In this document: positions 1 through 8,125 of the stretch, one piece after another | Layout: each line of letters opens with the position of its first letter | Numbering within the stretch: position 1 is the stretch's first letter | Source of the DNA: an uncultured Actinomycetota bacterium | GTDB taxonomy: Bacteria > Actinomycetota > Actinomycetes > Actinomycetales > CAWJMD01 | Direction: 5' to 3' | Assembly (NCBI GenBank): GCA_963700925.1 | Contig: OY969553.1 | Coordinates: 1,983,695 to 2,047,694, forward strand | Length of the DNA stretch: 64,000 nucleotides | Made by a program: the position numbers and the translations under genes | The notes under the pieces: generated by a model | The model's input: only the letters and a program-made list of their open reading frames with translations | The model's database searches: none | Told to the model about the DNA's origin: nothing

Positions 1-366
1 GTCCTGGAGATGACCACTCTTGGCCGGCTGGCCACCAGCGCCCAGCTCACGGCCCTGGCCGCCCGCGACGGCGGCTGCGTTCGGCCCGGCTGCAGCGCCC
101 CGGCCGCGCTCTGTGACGCCCACCATGTGACCTGGTGGTCACGTGGCGGCACGACCACGATCGACAACCTCGCCCTCCTCTGCCCCAGCCACCACACCGA
201 GATCCACACCGAGCGATGGCAGATCCAGATGCACGACGGCGTGCCCTGGTTCATCCCACCCGAGCACCTCGACCCCGACCGGAGACCCCTGCGCAACACC
301 CTGCGCGACGCCATCCACCAGGCCCACCGCATCGGCGACCAGCTGCGCCTCGGCCTGGACCCGTAG
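1..366 (+). CDS. HNH endonuclease signature protein (DUF222/13E12-repeat type), 5'-truncated by window edge
   Basis: ARDGGCxxPGC...CDAHH...WxxGG.T.IDNLALLCxxHH HNH motif; frame is open from base 1. Confidence 0.85.
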   Translation, partial: VLEMTTLGRLATSAQLTALAARDGGCVRPGCSAPAALCDAHHVTWWSRGGTTTIDNLALLCPSHHTEIHTERWQIQMHDGVPWFIPPEHLDPDRRPLRNTLRDAIHQAHRIGDQLRLGLDP

Positions 367-391
367 AGGGTCGGCTCCGCCTCAGGCGCCA

Positions 392-468
392 ACGCACCGA
401 ACGCACCGCGCGCACCGCACCGCGCCGCACCGCACCGGACCGCGCCGGACCGCGCCGGACCGCACCGA
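392..468. repeat. Degenerate pentamer microsatellite (CGCAC/CGCGC/CGGAC)n
   Basis: cgcaccgcac cgcgccgcac cgcaccggac cgcgccggac cgcgccggac cgcac read directly. Confidence 0.8.
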
Positions 469-606
469 GCAACCGCAGAGACCGGACCACCAGTTGCCGG
501 TCCCTACAGATCGAGCGGAATCGGACCTGTGGCATGTCAGGAGGCCTGTGTACGGTGGCGAGGTAGCAGGTCGAACTCGCAGGGACCGCAAACAGGAGGC
601 ACCGGG

Positions 607-1674
607 GTGACTGGTCTTGCGTCCAAGAGGGTGGCACCAACGCGTGTGGCGCCCGCGACAGCGGCGTCCGACGTGGTGGATGTGCGGACGGACGACGACG
701 TCCCGTCCCGGCAGCGGTACGAGGGCGAGCTGGAGCAGCATCGCCGTGAGCTCACGGGCTACTGCTACCGGATGCTCGGCTCGGCGTTCGATGCCGAGGA
801 CGCCGTCCAGGAGACGATGGTCCGGGCCTGGCGCGCACTCGACCGCTTCGACGGGCGCGCCTCTCTGCGGTCATGGCTGTACCGCATCGCCACCAACGTG
901 TGCTTCGACTCGCTGAGCGGTACCAAGCGCCGGGCCATGCCGATGGACCTGTCCGAGAACCCGTCGCCGCCCGTCAGCGCGTCCCTCGGCGTGCCCCTGA
1001 CGGAGAGGACGTGGATCGAGCCGATGCCCGACGGGCGGGTGCTGCCCGAGATCAGCGACCCCGCCGACGTGGCCGTGGGGCGTGAGACCGTGCGGCTCGC
1101 CTTCGTGGCCGCCCTTCAGCACCTGCCGGCTCGGCAGCGGGCCGTCCTGATCCTGCGAGAGGTGTTGCGCTGGAAGGCGAGTGAGGTTGCCGAGCTGCTC
1201 GACACCAGCGTCGCGTCGGTCAACAGCGCGCTGCAGCGTGCACGCGCCACGCTCTCGTCCGACGAGCTGACGCTGGCCGGCAGCGCACCCAACGCCCTCG
1301 ACGAGGAGCACGCGGCTCTACTGGCCCGTTACGTCGAGGCCTTCGAGGCGTACGACATCGACTCCTTGGTGGCGCTGCTGCACGAGGACGCCACTCAGTC
1401 GATGCCGCCGTACGCGCTCTGGCTCAGCGGCCCCGTCGACATCGGACGCTGGCACCTCGGCCCGGGCGGCGGATGCCGTGGCTCGCGCCTGCTGCCCGTG
1501 ATGGCGAACGGCACGACCGGGCTGGCCCAGTACAAGCCCGCTCCGGACGGGCAGCTCAAGCCGTGGGGCATCCACATGCTGCAGTTCTCAGAGGGGCGGG
1601 TCATCGGGATCACGAACTTCCTCGACACCAGCCTGTTCGAGCTGTTCGGCCTCCCTGACCACCTCGACCCCTGA
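607..1674 (+). CDS. sigG: ECF sigma-70 factor with C-terminal SnoaL-like domain (SigG/ECF56-like)
   Basis: HRRELTGYCYRMLGS..DAEDAVQET..RAWR, WLYRIATNVC, LPARQRAVLILREVL, SnoaL tail; AGGAGG upstream of GTG 607. Confidence 0.88.
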   Translation: MTGLASKRVAPTRVAPATAASDVVDVRTDDDVPSRQRYEGELEQHRRELTGYCYRMLGSAFDAEDAVQETMVRAWRALDRFDGRASLRSWLYRIATNVCFDSLSGTKRRAMPMDLSENPSPPVSASLGVPLTERTWIEPMPDGRVLPEISDPADVAVGRETVRLAFVAALQHLPARQRAVLILREVLRWKASEVAELLDTSVASVNSALQRARATLSSDELTLAGSAPNALDEEHAALLARYVEAFEAYDIDSLVALLHEDATQSMPPYALWLSGPVDIGRWHLGPGGGCRGSRLLPVMANGTTGLAQYKPAPDGQLKPWGIHMLQFSEGRVIGITNFLDTSLFELFGLPDHLDP

Positions 1675-1977
1675 CCCTTGCGCCGGGGCCGGACGCACCG
1701 GCACCACGTCGGACAGGCCCGTCAGCCCGAGCAACGACTGAAGGTGCTGGCTCGCGCCGCGCAGCACGACCTGCGATCCGCTGCGCCGAGCCGCCAGCTG
1801 CAGGCGCGCCAGGCCATCCACCACCACGGCGTCCGGACGGCTGAGGCGGGCGACGTCGCAGACGACCTCGTGCGACGTCCCCTCGGTGGAGAAGTTCTGG
1901 GCCACGTTCGAGCACACCCATGCCACGTCGTCCCGGGAGAACGAGCCCTCGAACATGAGGAGGAGCATCCTCGTCAC
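1588..1977 (-). CDS. STAS-domain protein (anti-anti-sigma-like)
   Basis: VVCDVARL..PDAVVVDGLARLQLAARRSG..VVLRGAS..LQSLLGLTGL; AGGAGG 6 nt before GTG at 1977; overlaps the sigma 3' end. Confidence 0.8.
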   Translation of the reverse strand: MTRMLLLMFEGSFSRDDVAWVCSNVAQNFSTEGTSHEVVCDVARLSRPDAVVVDGLARLQLAARRSGSQVVLRGASQHLQSLLGLTGLSDVVPVRPAPAQGSGVEVVREAEQLEQAGVEEVRDPDDPPL

Positions 1978-2027
1978 GCCGGACCTCCTGGTGTGTGCGC
2001 CGCCCGAATCGGTATCTCCAGAGTGAA

Positions 2028-2054
2028 GACCCCGCCGAGCTGCCGAAGTCATCG
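2028..2054 (-). promoter_or_regulatory. Putative SigG-type promoter CGATGA-N18-GTC for the STAS gene
   Basis: Minus strand CGATGA cttcggcagctcggcggg GTC. Confidence 0.65.
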
Positions 2055-2105
2055 CCGCGGCTTCACCCTTCGGCCCGACGACTGAGATAAGCCGACTACG
2101 GAGAG

Positions 2106-2864
2106 TCACACTGGACGATGAGGCGTGAGCGCTGCCTCGTCCATGCCGAGCTGGTCGACGAGGTTTCGCCTCCCGTCCGGTGTCACACGAACGGCGCGGG
2201 GCCGCGACGTCCGCTCGACCCAGCCGAGCACCAGGAAGCGCTCGCACAGCGCTGCCGGCGCGGAGCCTGCGAGGTGCTGGCGTCGCTCGGTCCAGTCGAG
2301 ACACCCGCGTAGCACCGGACGGCGCGAGGCGGTGACACGGCTGACGTCCACGCCGATCTCGTCCAGCCATTCCAGTCCCGAGCGGGTCAGGGCGAGGCCG
2401 CCGCTGTCGTCGACGAATCCCTTGGCGCACAGGCTGTCTCGCAGTGCGACCCCGAGGCGACCGGCCAGGTGGTCGTAGCACGTGCGCGCCTCGGCGAGGG
2501 AGGACGATGCGGAGACCGTCCGCAGCGAGGTGGGTCGGGTCCCCGGCGATGCCTGGGCGCCCAGCTCCTCGATCAACCCTGCAGCCCGGGCGTCAGCGAG
2601 GCGCAGGTAGCGGTGCCTGCCCTGCTTCTCCCGCACCAGCAGGCCACCGTCCATCAGCCGGTCGACGTGGGCGGTCGCCGTCGACGGGGCCACCCCGGCC
2701 GTCCGAGCCAGCTCGCCCGCCGTCCACGTGCGTCCGTCGAGGAGAGCGAGGCACATGGTCGCCCGCGTCTCGTCGGCCAGCAGGGCCGCGAGGCGCGCCA
2801 GCGAGCGTCCATCGGCAGCGGGCCTGGCGCCGCGGGCTGCGGGGCAGGGAGGGCACGGCGTCAC
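2106..2864 (-). CDS. ArsR/SmtB-family winged-helix regulator (long type)
   Basis: LADETRATMCLALLDGRTWTAGELAR..GVAPSTATAH, ARTCYDHLAGRLG, CLDWTERR; GTGA coupling to upstream gene. Confidence 0.85.
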   Translation of the reverse strand: MTPCPPCPAARGARPAADGRSLARLAALLADETRATMCLALLDGRTWTAGELARTAGVAPSTATAHVDRLMDGGLLVREKQGRHRYLRLADARAAGLIEELGAQASPGTRPTSLRTVSASSSLAEARTCYDHLAGRLGVALRDSLCAKGFVDDSGGLALTRSGLEWLDEIGVDVSRVTASRRPVLRGCLDWTERRQHLAGSAPAALCERFLVLGWVERTSRPRAVRVTPDGRRNLVDQLGMDEAALTPHRPV

Positions 2865-3817
2865 GGACGTGAACGACGGCGCGAGATCGCCACACCGACC
2901 AGGCAGACCGCGCCGCCGACGACGGCCAGAGACGCCGGCACCTCGCCCAGCAGCGCCCAGCCGCCCAGCACGGTCAGCGGCGGCACCAGGTACGTGGACG
3001 CCCCGAGGCGACCGGCGCTGCTGCGCGCCAGCGCGTAGGCCCAGGTGGTGAAGGCGACCGCGGTCGGCATCACGCCGAGGTAGACGACCCAGGCCAGCGC
3101 CGACGGCGGCGCCACCGTCAGGTCGTGCACGAGGTCGGGCGCCGCGGGCAGCGTGCAGACGGCGCCGATCGTGCAGGCGATCCACGTGACCTGGAGCGCC
3201 GGAAGCGTTCGCAGCAGCGGCTTCTGGGCGACGACGCCGATCGCGTAGGTGACCGCGGCGACGACGCACAGCAGCACGCCCCACAGGTCGGCGTCCCCGG
3301 TCGACGACGCGGCACCGATCACCAGCACTCCCGCGAAAGCCACTCCGCTGCCGACTACGAGCGGGCGCGGAAAGCCCTCACCCAGCATGAGGCCCGCGAG
3401 CAGCGCGATGAGCAGCGGACCGATGTTGACGAGCATCGCCGCGGTGCCGGCATCCAGGCGCTGTTCGGCCGCGTTCAGCGCGACGTTGTAGACGGCGAAC
3501 CATGAGACGCCGCAGATGACCAGCCGTGGCCAGTGCTGCCGCGCCGGCCACGCGTGGCGTCGCACCAGCAGCAGCCCACCGAGCACCGCGCTGGCGACCG
3601 CGAGCCGTCCCAGCGTCAGTGGCCCGGGCGACACGTGGTCACCGAGATGCCGGATCGCCACGAACGCGGACGCCCACAGCAGCACCGTGACAAGGATCGC
3701 GAGCACGGGGAGCACGCCGCCGGCGTGGGGCCCCGAGCTCTCAGACTGCCCCGAGCCATCAGGCTGGGAGGTCCCGTCCGTGCTGCCCGCTGGGGTTGGT
3801 TCCGCTGTCGTGGTCAT
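2861..3817 (-). CDS. DMT/EamA-family transporter
   Basis: LLWASAFVAIR, two EamA halves, LLGEVP near the C-terminus. Confidence 0.88.
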   Translation of the reverse strand: MTTTAEPTPAGSTDGTSQPDGSGQSESSGPHAGGVLPVLAILVTVLLWASAFVAIRHLGDHVSPGPLTLGRLAVASAVLGGLLLVRRHAWPARQHWPRLVICGVSWFAVYNVALNAAEQRLDAGTAAMLVNIGPLLIALLAGLMLGEGFPRPLVVGSGVAFAGVLVIGAASSTGDADLWGVLLCVVAAVTYAIGVVAQKPLLRTLPALQVTWIACTIGAVCTLPAAPDLVHDLTVAPPSALAWVVYLGVMPTAVAFTTWAYALARSSAGRLGASTYLVPPLTVLGGWALLGEVPASLAVVGGAVCLVGVAISRRRSRP

Positions 3818-3928
3818 GGTGATGGAACGTAGAAGGGCGACGTTTCGTGAGGGACCGAAGCGTTCGTGCGGACGGGAGGCGGTAGGCGCGTCCTGGCTTC
3901 TGCGCATCCCGTCCGAGACCATGCGGGT

Positions 3929-4465
3929 GTGAGCACGGAGCGAATGGCGGACGGCAAGGGCGAGGAGCCCGACGAAACGGGAGACGGCGACGTCCCACGC
4001 CCGGCCACGCTCGACCTGGACTCAGCCTCCCCGGACGAACCGGTTGCCGAGGAAGGGTGGGACCCACAGCTCGTGGCCGCAGCAGGAACGGCAGCCGCCG
4101 GCGTTGCCGCGCTGATCGGCGCCCTGGCTCTCGCGGTCGCCGCCAACGCGGCAGCGCAGCAGCCGTGCGTGTTTCCGGACGACGTCTACAGCGGGGACGG
4201 ATGGCCCCGCTCGGCTGCGATCGTCGCCTGCCTGTCTGTCGCTGCTGCGGCTCTCGGAGTGGCTGGCCTCCAGACCGGCCGCCGCGTCAGGGCCGCGATG
4301 CAGATCTCAGTGAGCCTGGCCGCGCTGCTGCTTGCCGGCGCGGCACTCGCCCTGGCCATGGGCGACGCAGTCACGCGTCCTCACTTCGACCTCGAGCCGT
4401 CCAACAGCATCGGTGTTTCGGAGCGCTACAACGAGTTCGGGATGCCGCTGGTCGAGTGCCGCTGA
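3929..4465 (+). CDS. Hypothetical membrane protein
   Basis: Acidic N-terminus and three hydrophobic segments; fills the gap between genes; start uncertain (3929/3944). Confidence 0.5.
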   Translation: MSTERMADGKGEEPDETGDGDVPRPATLDLDSASPDEPVAEEGWDPQLVAAAGTAAAGVAALIGALALAVAANAAAQQPCVFPDDVYSGDGWPRSAAIVACLSVAAAALGVAGLQTGRRVRAAMQISVSLAALLLAGAALALAMGDAVTRPHFDLEPSNSIGVSERYNEFGMPLVECR

Positions 4466-4508
4466 CTCGGCGCACACAGCGCGGACCGCCCTCACGGCCC
4501 GACGCGTG

Positions 4509-4910
4509 TCAGACCTCGTCTCGACGACGCCTGCTGACGAGGAGCAGAGTCGCACCGGATCCCAGCAGCAATGTCGCCACCACGCTGCCCAGCGCGAACT
4601 CAGCGCCTGTGCGCGCCAGCCGCGTTGAGCGGGTCGGGTCTCTGCCCTCACCGCGCGGGTCCTCGCGGGCCACAACGCCTTGCAGGACACGGCCCGAGTC
4701 GCCGTCGTCGTTGTTGCTCGTCGAGTCTTCGACGGTCGGCGTCGACACGGTTGCACTGTTCGACACGGTGGACCCCACTGCGGCGTCCACACTCGTCACG
4801 CTGCTGATCACCGAGGTGGCGCCGGCAGCGAGATCCGTGCTGCGCGTGCACGTCACGGTGGACCCGCTGGGCGAGCAGACGAACCCGCCACCTGCAGCGC
4901 TGACGAAGGT
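4509..4910 (-). pseudogene. C-terminal remnant of a DUF11-like, LAXTG sortase-anchored surface protein
   Basis: TFVSAAGGGFVCS..GSTVTCT..LAAGATS..VSNSATVS..D..NN, then LARTG + TM + RRRR; no signal peptide upstream. Confidence 0.65.
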
Positions 4911-5093
4911 CCTCGACGTCGAGGCGCACCCGAGGTACGCAGCAGGTGGGCCGAGCGGAGCGACAGCGCAGGTCAGAGCGCATGGAGACTTCCCCGTGAG
5001 TGACAAGGGGGGCTTCTCCGAGTCGGCACCTTTGACCCCCAACTGTGCGGAAAACGGCCAGGAGTCCTACGAGCCACCGGATACCGTCTGCCC

Positions 5094-6041
5094 GTGACCG
5101 TCCCTGCGTACGCCGACGTCGAGGCCGCGAGGCAGCGGTTGGACTGGGTGACGCGCCGGGTTGCCGTCTCCCACGTCGAGGCCGGCTCCCTCACGGAGAG
5201 CGAGGTCTGGCTGGCGCACGAGTACCTGCAGCACACCGGCTCGTTCAAGGCCCGAGGCGCGCTGAACTTCGTCACCGACGCCGCCGAGCGCGGCGCGCTG
5301 GACCGTGGCGTGGTCATCGCCTCGGGTGGCAACGCCGGACTCGCGTGCGCGTGGGCCGCACGTGAGAAGGGCGCTACTGCAACGGTCTTCGTCCCAGAGA
5401 CGGCGCCGGACGTCAAGGTCCAGAGGCTGCATCATCTAGGAGCCGATGTACGTCAGGTGGGTGCCGACTACCACGAGGCGTCCACTGCGGCAGCGGCCCA
5501 CGCCGCCCAGACGGGAGCCCTGCAGTCACACGCCTACGATCACCCACTCATCGCTGCCGGGGCCGGCACGTTGCTGCACGAGGCCGTCGAGGACATGCCC
5601 GAACCGCCCAGGACCGTCGTCGTCGCGGTCGGTGGTGGCGGGCTGTTCACGGGGACGGCCGTGACCGCGCTCGAGCACGGCATCCGCGTCGTCACCTCGG
5701 AACCCGACGGGTGCCGGGCCCTGAACGCCGCACTGGAGGCGGGCGGGCCGGTTGACGTGCCGGTCGCCTCGATAGCGGCCGACTCCCTGGGCGCCCGGCG
5801 CTGCTCGGCGATGGCCTACCAGGCGGCCCGCCGCCAGGACGTCGTGTCGGTCACCGTCACCGACGACCAGATCGTGGCTGCGCGCCGGGCGCTCTGGGAC
5901 GAGTGTCGCGTCGTGGTGGAGCACGGTGCGGCGACCGCCCTCGCCGCCGTCGCATCCGGTGCCTACCGCCCTGAGCTGGGCGAGAACGTGCTCGTCGTGC
6001 TGTGCGGCGCCAACACGGACCCCGGCGACCTGCTCTCCTGA
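5094..6041 (+). CDS. PLP-dependent threonine/serine dehydratase
   Basis: EYLQHTGSFKARGA, ASGGNAG, VGGGGL, LCGAN. Confidence 0.9.
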   Translation: MTVPAYADVEAARQRLDWVTRRVAVSHVEAGSLTESEVWLAHEYLQHTGSFKARGALNFVTDAAERGALDRGVVIASGGNAGLACAWAAREKGATATVFVPETAPDVKVQRLHHLGADVRQVGADYHEASTAAAAHAAQTGALQSHAYDHPLIAAGAGTLLHEAVEDMPEPPRTVVVAVGGGGLFTGTAVTALEHGIRVVTSEPDGCRALNAALEAGGPVDVPVASIAADSLGARRCSAMAYQAARRQDVVSVTVTDDQIVAARRALWDECRVVVEHGAATALAAVASGAYRPELGENVLVVLCGANTDPGDLLS

Positions 6042-6067
6042 GACCTGAACCCTGGGACGCTCGTGGG

Positions 6068-6520
6068 GTGAGCGACGACGGCCCGTACGGCGACCTGGAG
6101 GTCACGCGCACCCTCGCGGTCCCGTCCAGGCTGCTGCAGTGGCGGTTCTCGCGGTCCTCCGGGCCCGGCGGTCAGGGCGTCAACACCGCCGACTCGCGCG
6201 CCGAGCTCTCGCTCGACCTCGGCACCCTGCAGGCGGCGGCGGACGGCTGGCCCGAGGCGTTGGTCGACACCGTGCGACGCCGCCTCGCCGACCGGTTGGT
6301 CGACGACACGCTCACGGTGTCGGCGTCCGAACACCGCCAGCAGCTGCGCAACCGTCAAGCGGCACGGGTGCGGATGGCTGCCCTGCTGCGGGAGGCGACA
6401 GCGCCTGCCGGTCCGAGGCGACGCCCGACCCGCCCGAGTGCGGGCGCCCGTCAGCGGCGGCTGGACGACAAGAAGCGCCGCTCCCGGCTCAAGCAGGCGC
6501 GTCGCCGGGACACCGACTGA
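6068..6520 (+). CDS. arfB: Alternative ribosome-rescue peptidyl-tRNA hydrolase ArfB
   Basis: FSRSSGPGGQGVN, ASEHRQQLRNR, basic tail RRPTRPS..RRLDDKKRRS. Confidence 0.93.
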   Translation: MSDDGPYGDLEVTRTLAVPSRLLQWRFSRSSGPGGQGVNTADSRAELSLDLGTLQAAADGWPEALVDTVRRRLADRLVDDTLTVSASEHRQQLRNRQAARVRMAALLREATAPAGPRRRPTRPSAGARQRRLDDKKRRSRLKQARRRDTD

Positions 6521-6553
6521 GATCGACTCGTGCTGAGCGCAATTGACACGGGC

Positions 6554-6988
6554 TCAGCCGGCCGCGAGCAGGTCTGTCAGGAGCCGCTTGAGCTCGGCGT
6601 GTCCGTCGGGGCCGAGGATCTCGTCGATCCGCTCCTCGATGCCCTGGATGGTCGAGATCCCCGCGGCGATGCACTCGCTCCCGCGCGGAGTGAGCACGAT
6701 CAGCTTCGCGCGGCGGTCGGTCGGGTCGGGATGCCGCTCGACGTAGCCCAGCTCCTCCAGCTCGTCGACCAGCTCCCCCATCGCCTGGGGTGACATGTTC
6801 GCGCCGCGAGCCAGCTCGGTGAGGCGGTTCCCGTCCCGGCCGATCTGGGCGAACACAGCGGAGTGCGACGGCTTCTGCGGGAACCCCGCGCCCACCACGC
6901 CGTCGACGATCTGGAACCCGAGCAGGCTGTAGGCGCGACCGAGCATCGCGATCGTGTTGTCCGCCTGCTGCTGAGGGTCTTGCTCCAT
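6554..6988 (-). CDS. MarR-family regulator
   Basis: LVDELEELGYVERHPDPTDRRAKLIVLTPRG. Confidence 0.9.
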   Translation of the reverse strand: MEQDPQQQADNTIAMLGRAYSLLGFQIVDGVVGAGFPQKPSHSAVFAQIGRDGNRLTELARGANMSPQAMGELVDELEELGYVERHPDPTDRRAKLIVLTPRGSECIAAGISTIQGIEERIDEILGPDGHAELKRLLTDLLAAG

Positions 6989-7000
6989 GAGAATTCCTTA

Positions 7001-7028
7001 AGGTATACCTGCTTATCAAGGCTACCTT
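7001..7028. promoter_or_regulatory. Putative MarR operator pair
   Basis: Palindromes AGGTATACCT (7001-7010) and AAGG-CTA-CCTT (7018-7028) in an AT-rich divergent intergenic region. Confidence 0.5.
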
Positions 7029-7063
7029 AGTAAGTTCAGGATCGCAGGGATGGAGACCCGCCG

Positions 7064-7723
7064 ATGACCACCCAAGTTCCTTCCGCAACCTCGGCACGCA
7101 CTGAGGAGATGGCCGTGATCCATCGCATCTTCCGGCGTGGCTTCCCGAAGATGGCCGAGCTGGTGCGCCAGGCCGCGGCCGGCGAGACCGCGCGCTCCGA
7201 GCCGATCGCCGCACACCTCGACTTCCTGCTGAACAGCCTCCACGCCCACCACACCACGGAGGACGAGCACATCTGGCCCCGACTGCTCGAACGCGCTGCG
7301 CCCCACGCGCAGCTGGTCACCCGGATGGAGACGCAGCACGAGGCGGTAGCAGAGCTCACGGAGCGGGTGCGCACGCTGTCGCAGACCTGGCGGCGGAGTC
7401 CCGGTAGCGGCGAGGACCTTGCCAGAGCGCTGGACGAGTTCACCTCCGCCCTCGTCGAGCACCTCGACGACGAGGAAGCCCACGTCGTTCCACTGATCCG
7501 TCAGCACATCACCGCCGACGAGTGGATGCGGTTCGGCGAGAAGGCTTTCGAGAAGTTCACCAACCCCGAGAAGCTCGTCGCCACGGGCGCGCTGGAGGAT
7601 GTCGCGACCCCCGAGGAAGCCGGGTGGTTCCTGGCCGACCTACCGCTCCCGATCAAGGTGATGTGGCGACTCGTCGGCCGGCGCAAGTACGACCGCTACA
7701 TCCGACGGGTTCACGGCACGTGA
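7064..7723 (+). CDS. Hemerythrin-domain protein
   Basis: IHRIFRR, LHAHHTTEDEHIWP, METQHE, EHLDDEE. Confidence 0.88.
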   Translation: MTTQVPSATSARTEEMAVIHRIFRRGFPKMAELVRQAAAGETARSEPIAAHLDFLLNSLHAHHTTEDEHIWPRLLERAAPHAQLVTRMETQHEAVAELTERVRTLSQTWRRSPGSGEDLARALDEFTSALVEHLDDEEAHVVPLIRQHITADEWMRFGEKAFEKFTNPEKLVATGALEDVATPEEAGWFLADLPLPIKVMWRLVGRRKYDRYIRRVHGT

Positions 7724-8100
7724 TGCTCCGGGTCGCCGCCGCCTTGTGCTGGGTCAACGCCGTCGGTTTCGGCGTGTTCACGATCCCGGCCATCGCGAGA
7801 GTCTCGGCCGGAAAGGACCTCCCGATCGTGATGGGCTTCCCGGCCTACGGACGGGGTCCGTTCGAGGCGCACGGCCTGCAGTCGACGGTGCCGTTGCTGA
7901 CCGGCTTCCTCGTCGTGTGCATCCTCGAGGGCGTCGCTGGGTGGCTGCTGTGGGGAGGACACCGCAGCGGCGCGATCCTTGCCCTGGCACTGCTTCCGGC
8001 CGGCGCCATCTACTGGTGGGGCTTCGCCCTGCCCATCCCACCGGTGTTCGCCCTCGTCCGCACGGTCCTGATCGTCGCTGGCTGGACCCAGCTTCGCTGA
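7723..8100 (+). CDS. Small membrane protein
   Basis: TGATG coupling to the hemerythrin gene; about 4 hydrophobic segments. Confidence 0.7.
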   Translation: MLRVAAALCWVNAVGFGVFTIPAIARVSAGKDLPIVMGFPAYGRGPFEAHGLQSTVPLLTGFLVVCILEGVAGWLLWGGHRSGAILALALLPAGAIYWWGFALPIPPVFALVRTVLIVAGWTQLR

Positions 8101-8125
8101 GCGCCGTCGCCGGCCCGTCCGGGCG

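Noticed and set aside
1-366. HNH gene as an IscB/Cas9-like or other RNA-guided nuclease
   Set aside because: Only a DUF222-type C-terminal HNH is visible; no RuvC motifs or structured RNA seen, and the 5' part is outside the window
1978-2481. N-terminal extension of the STAS ORF (starts at 2481 or 2052)
   Set aside because: Overlaps the ArsR gene and the promoter motif; the strong RBS supports GTG 1977
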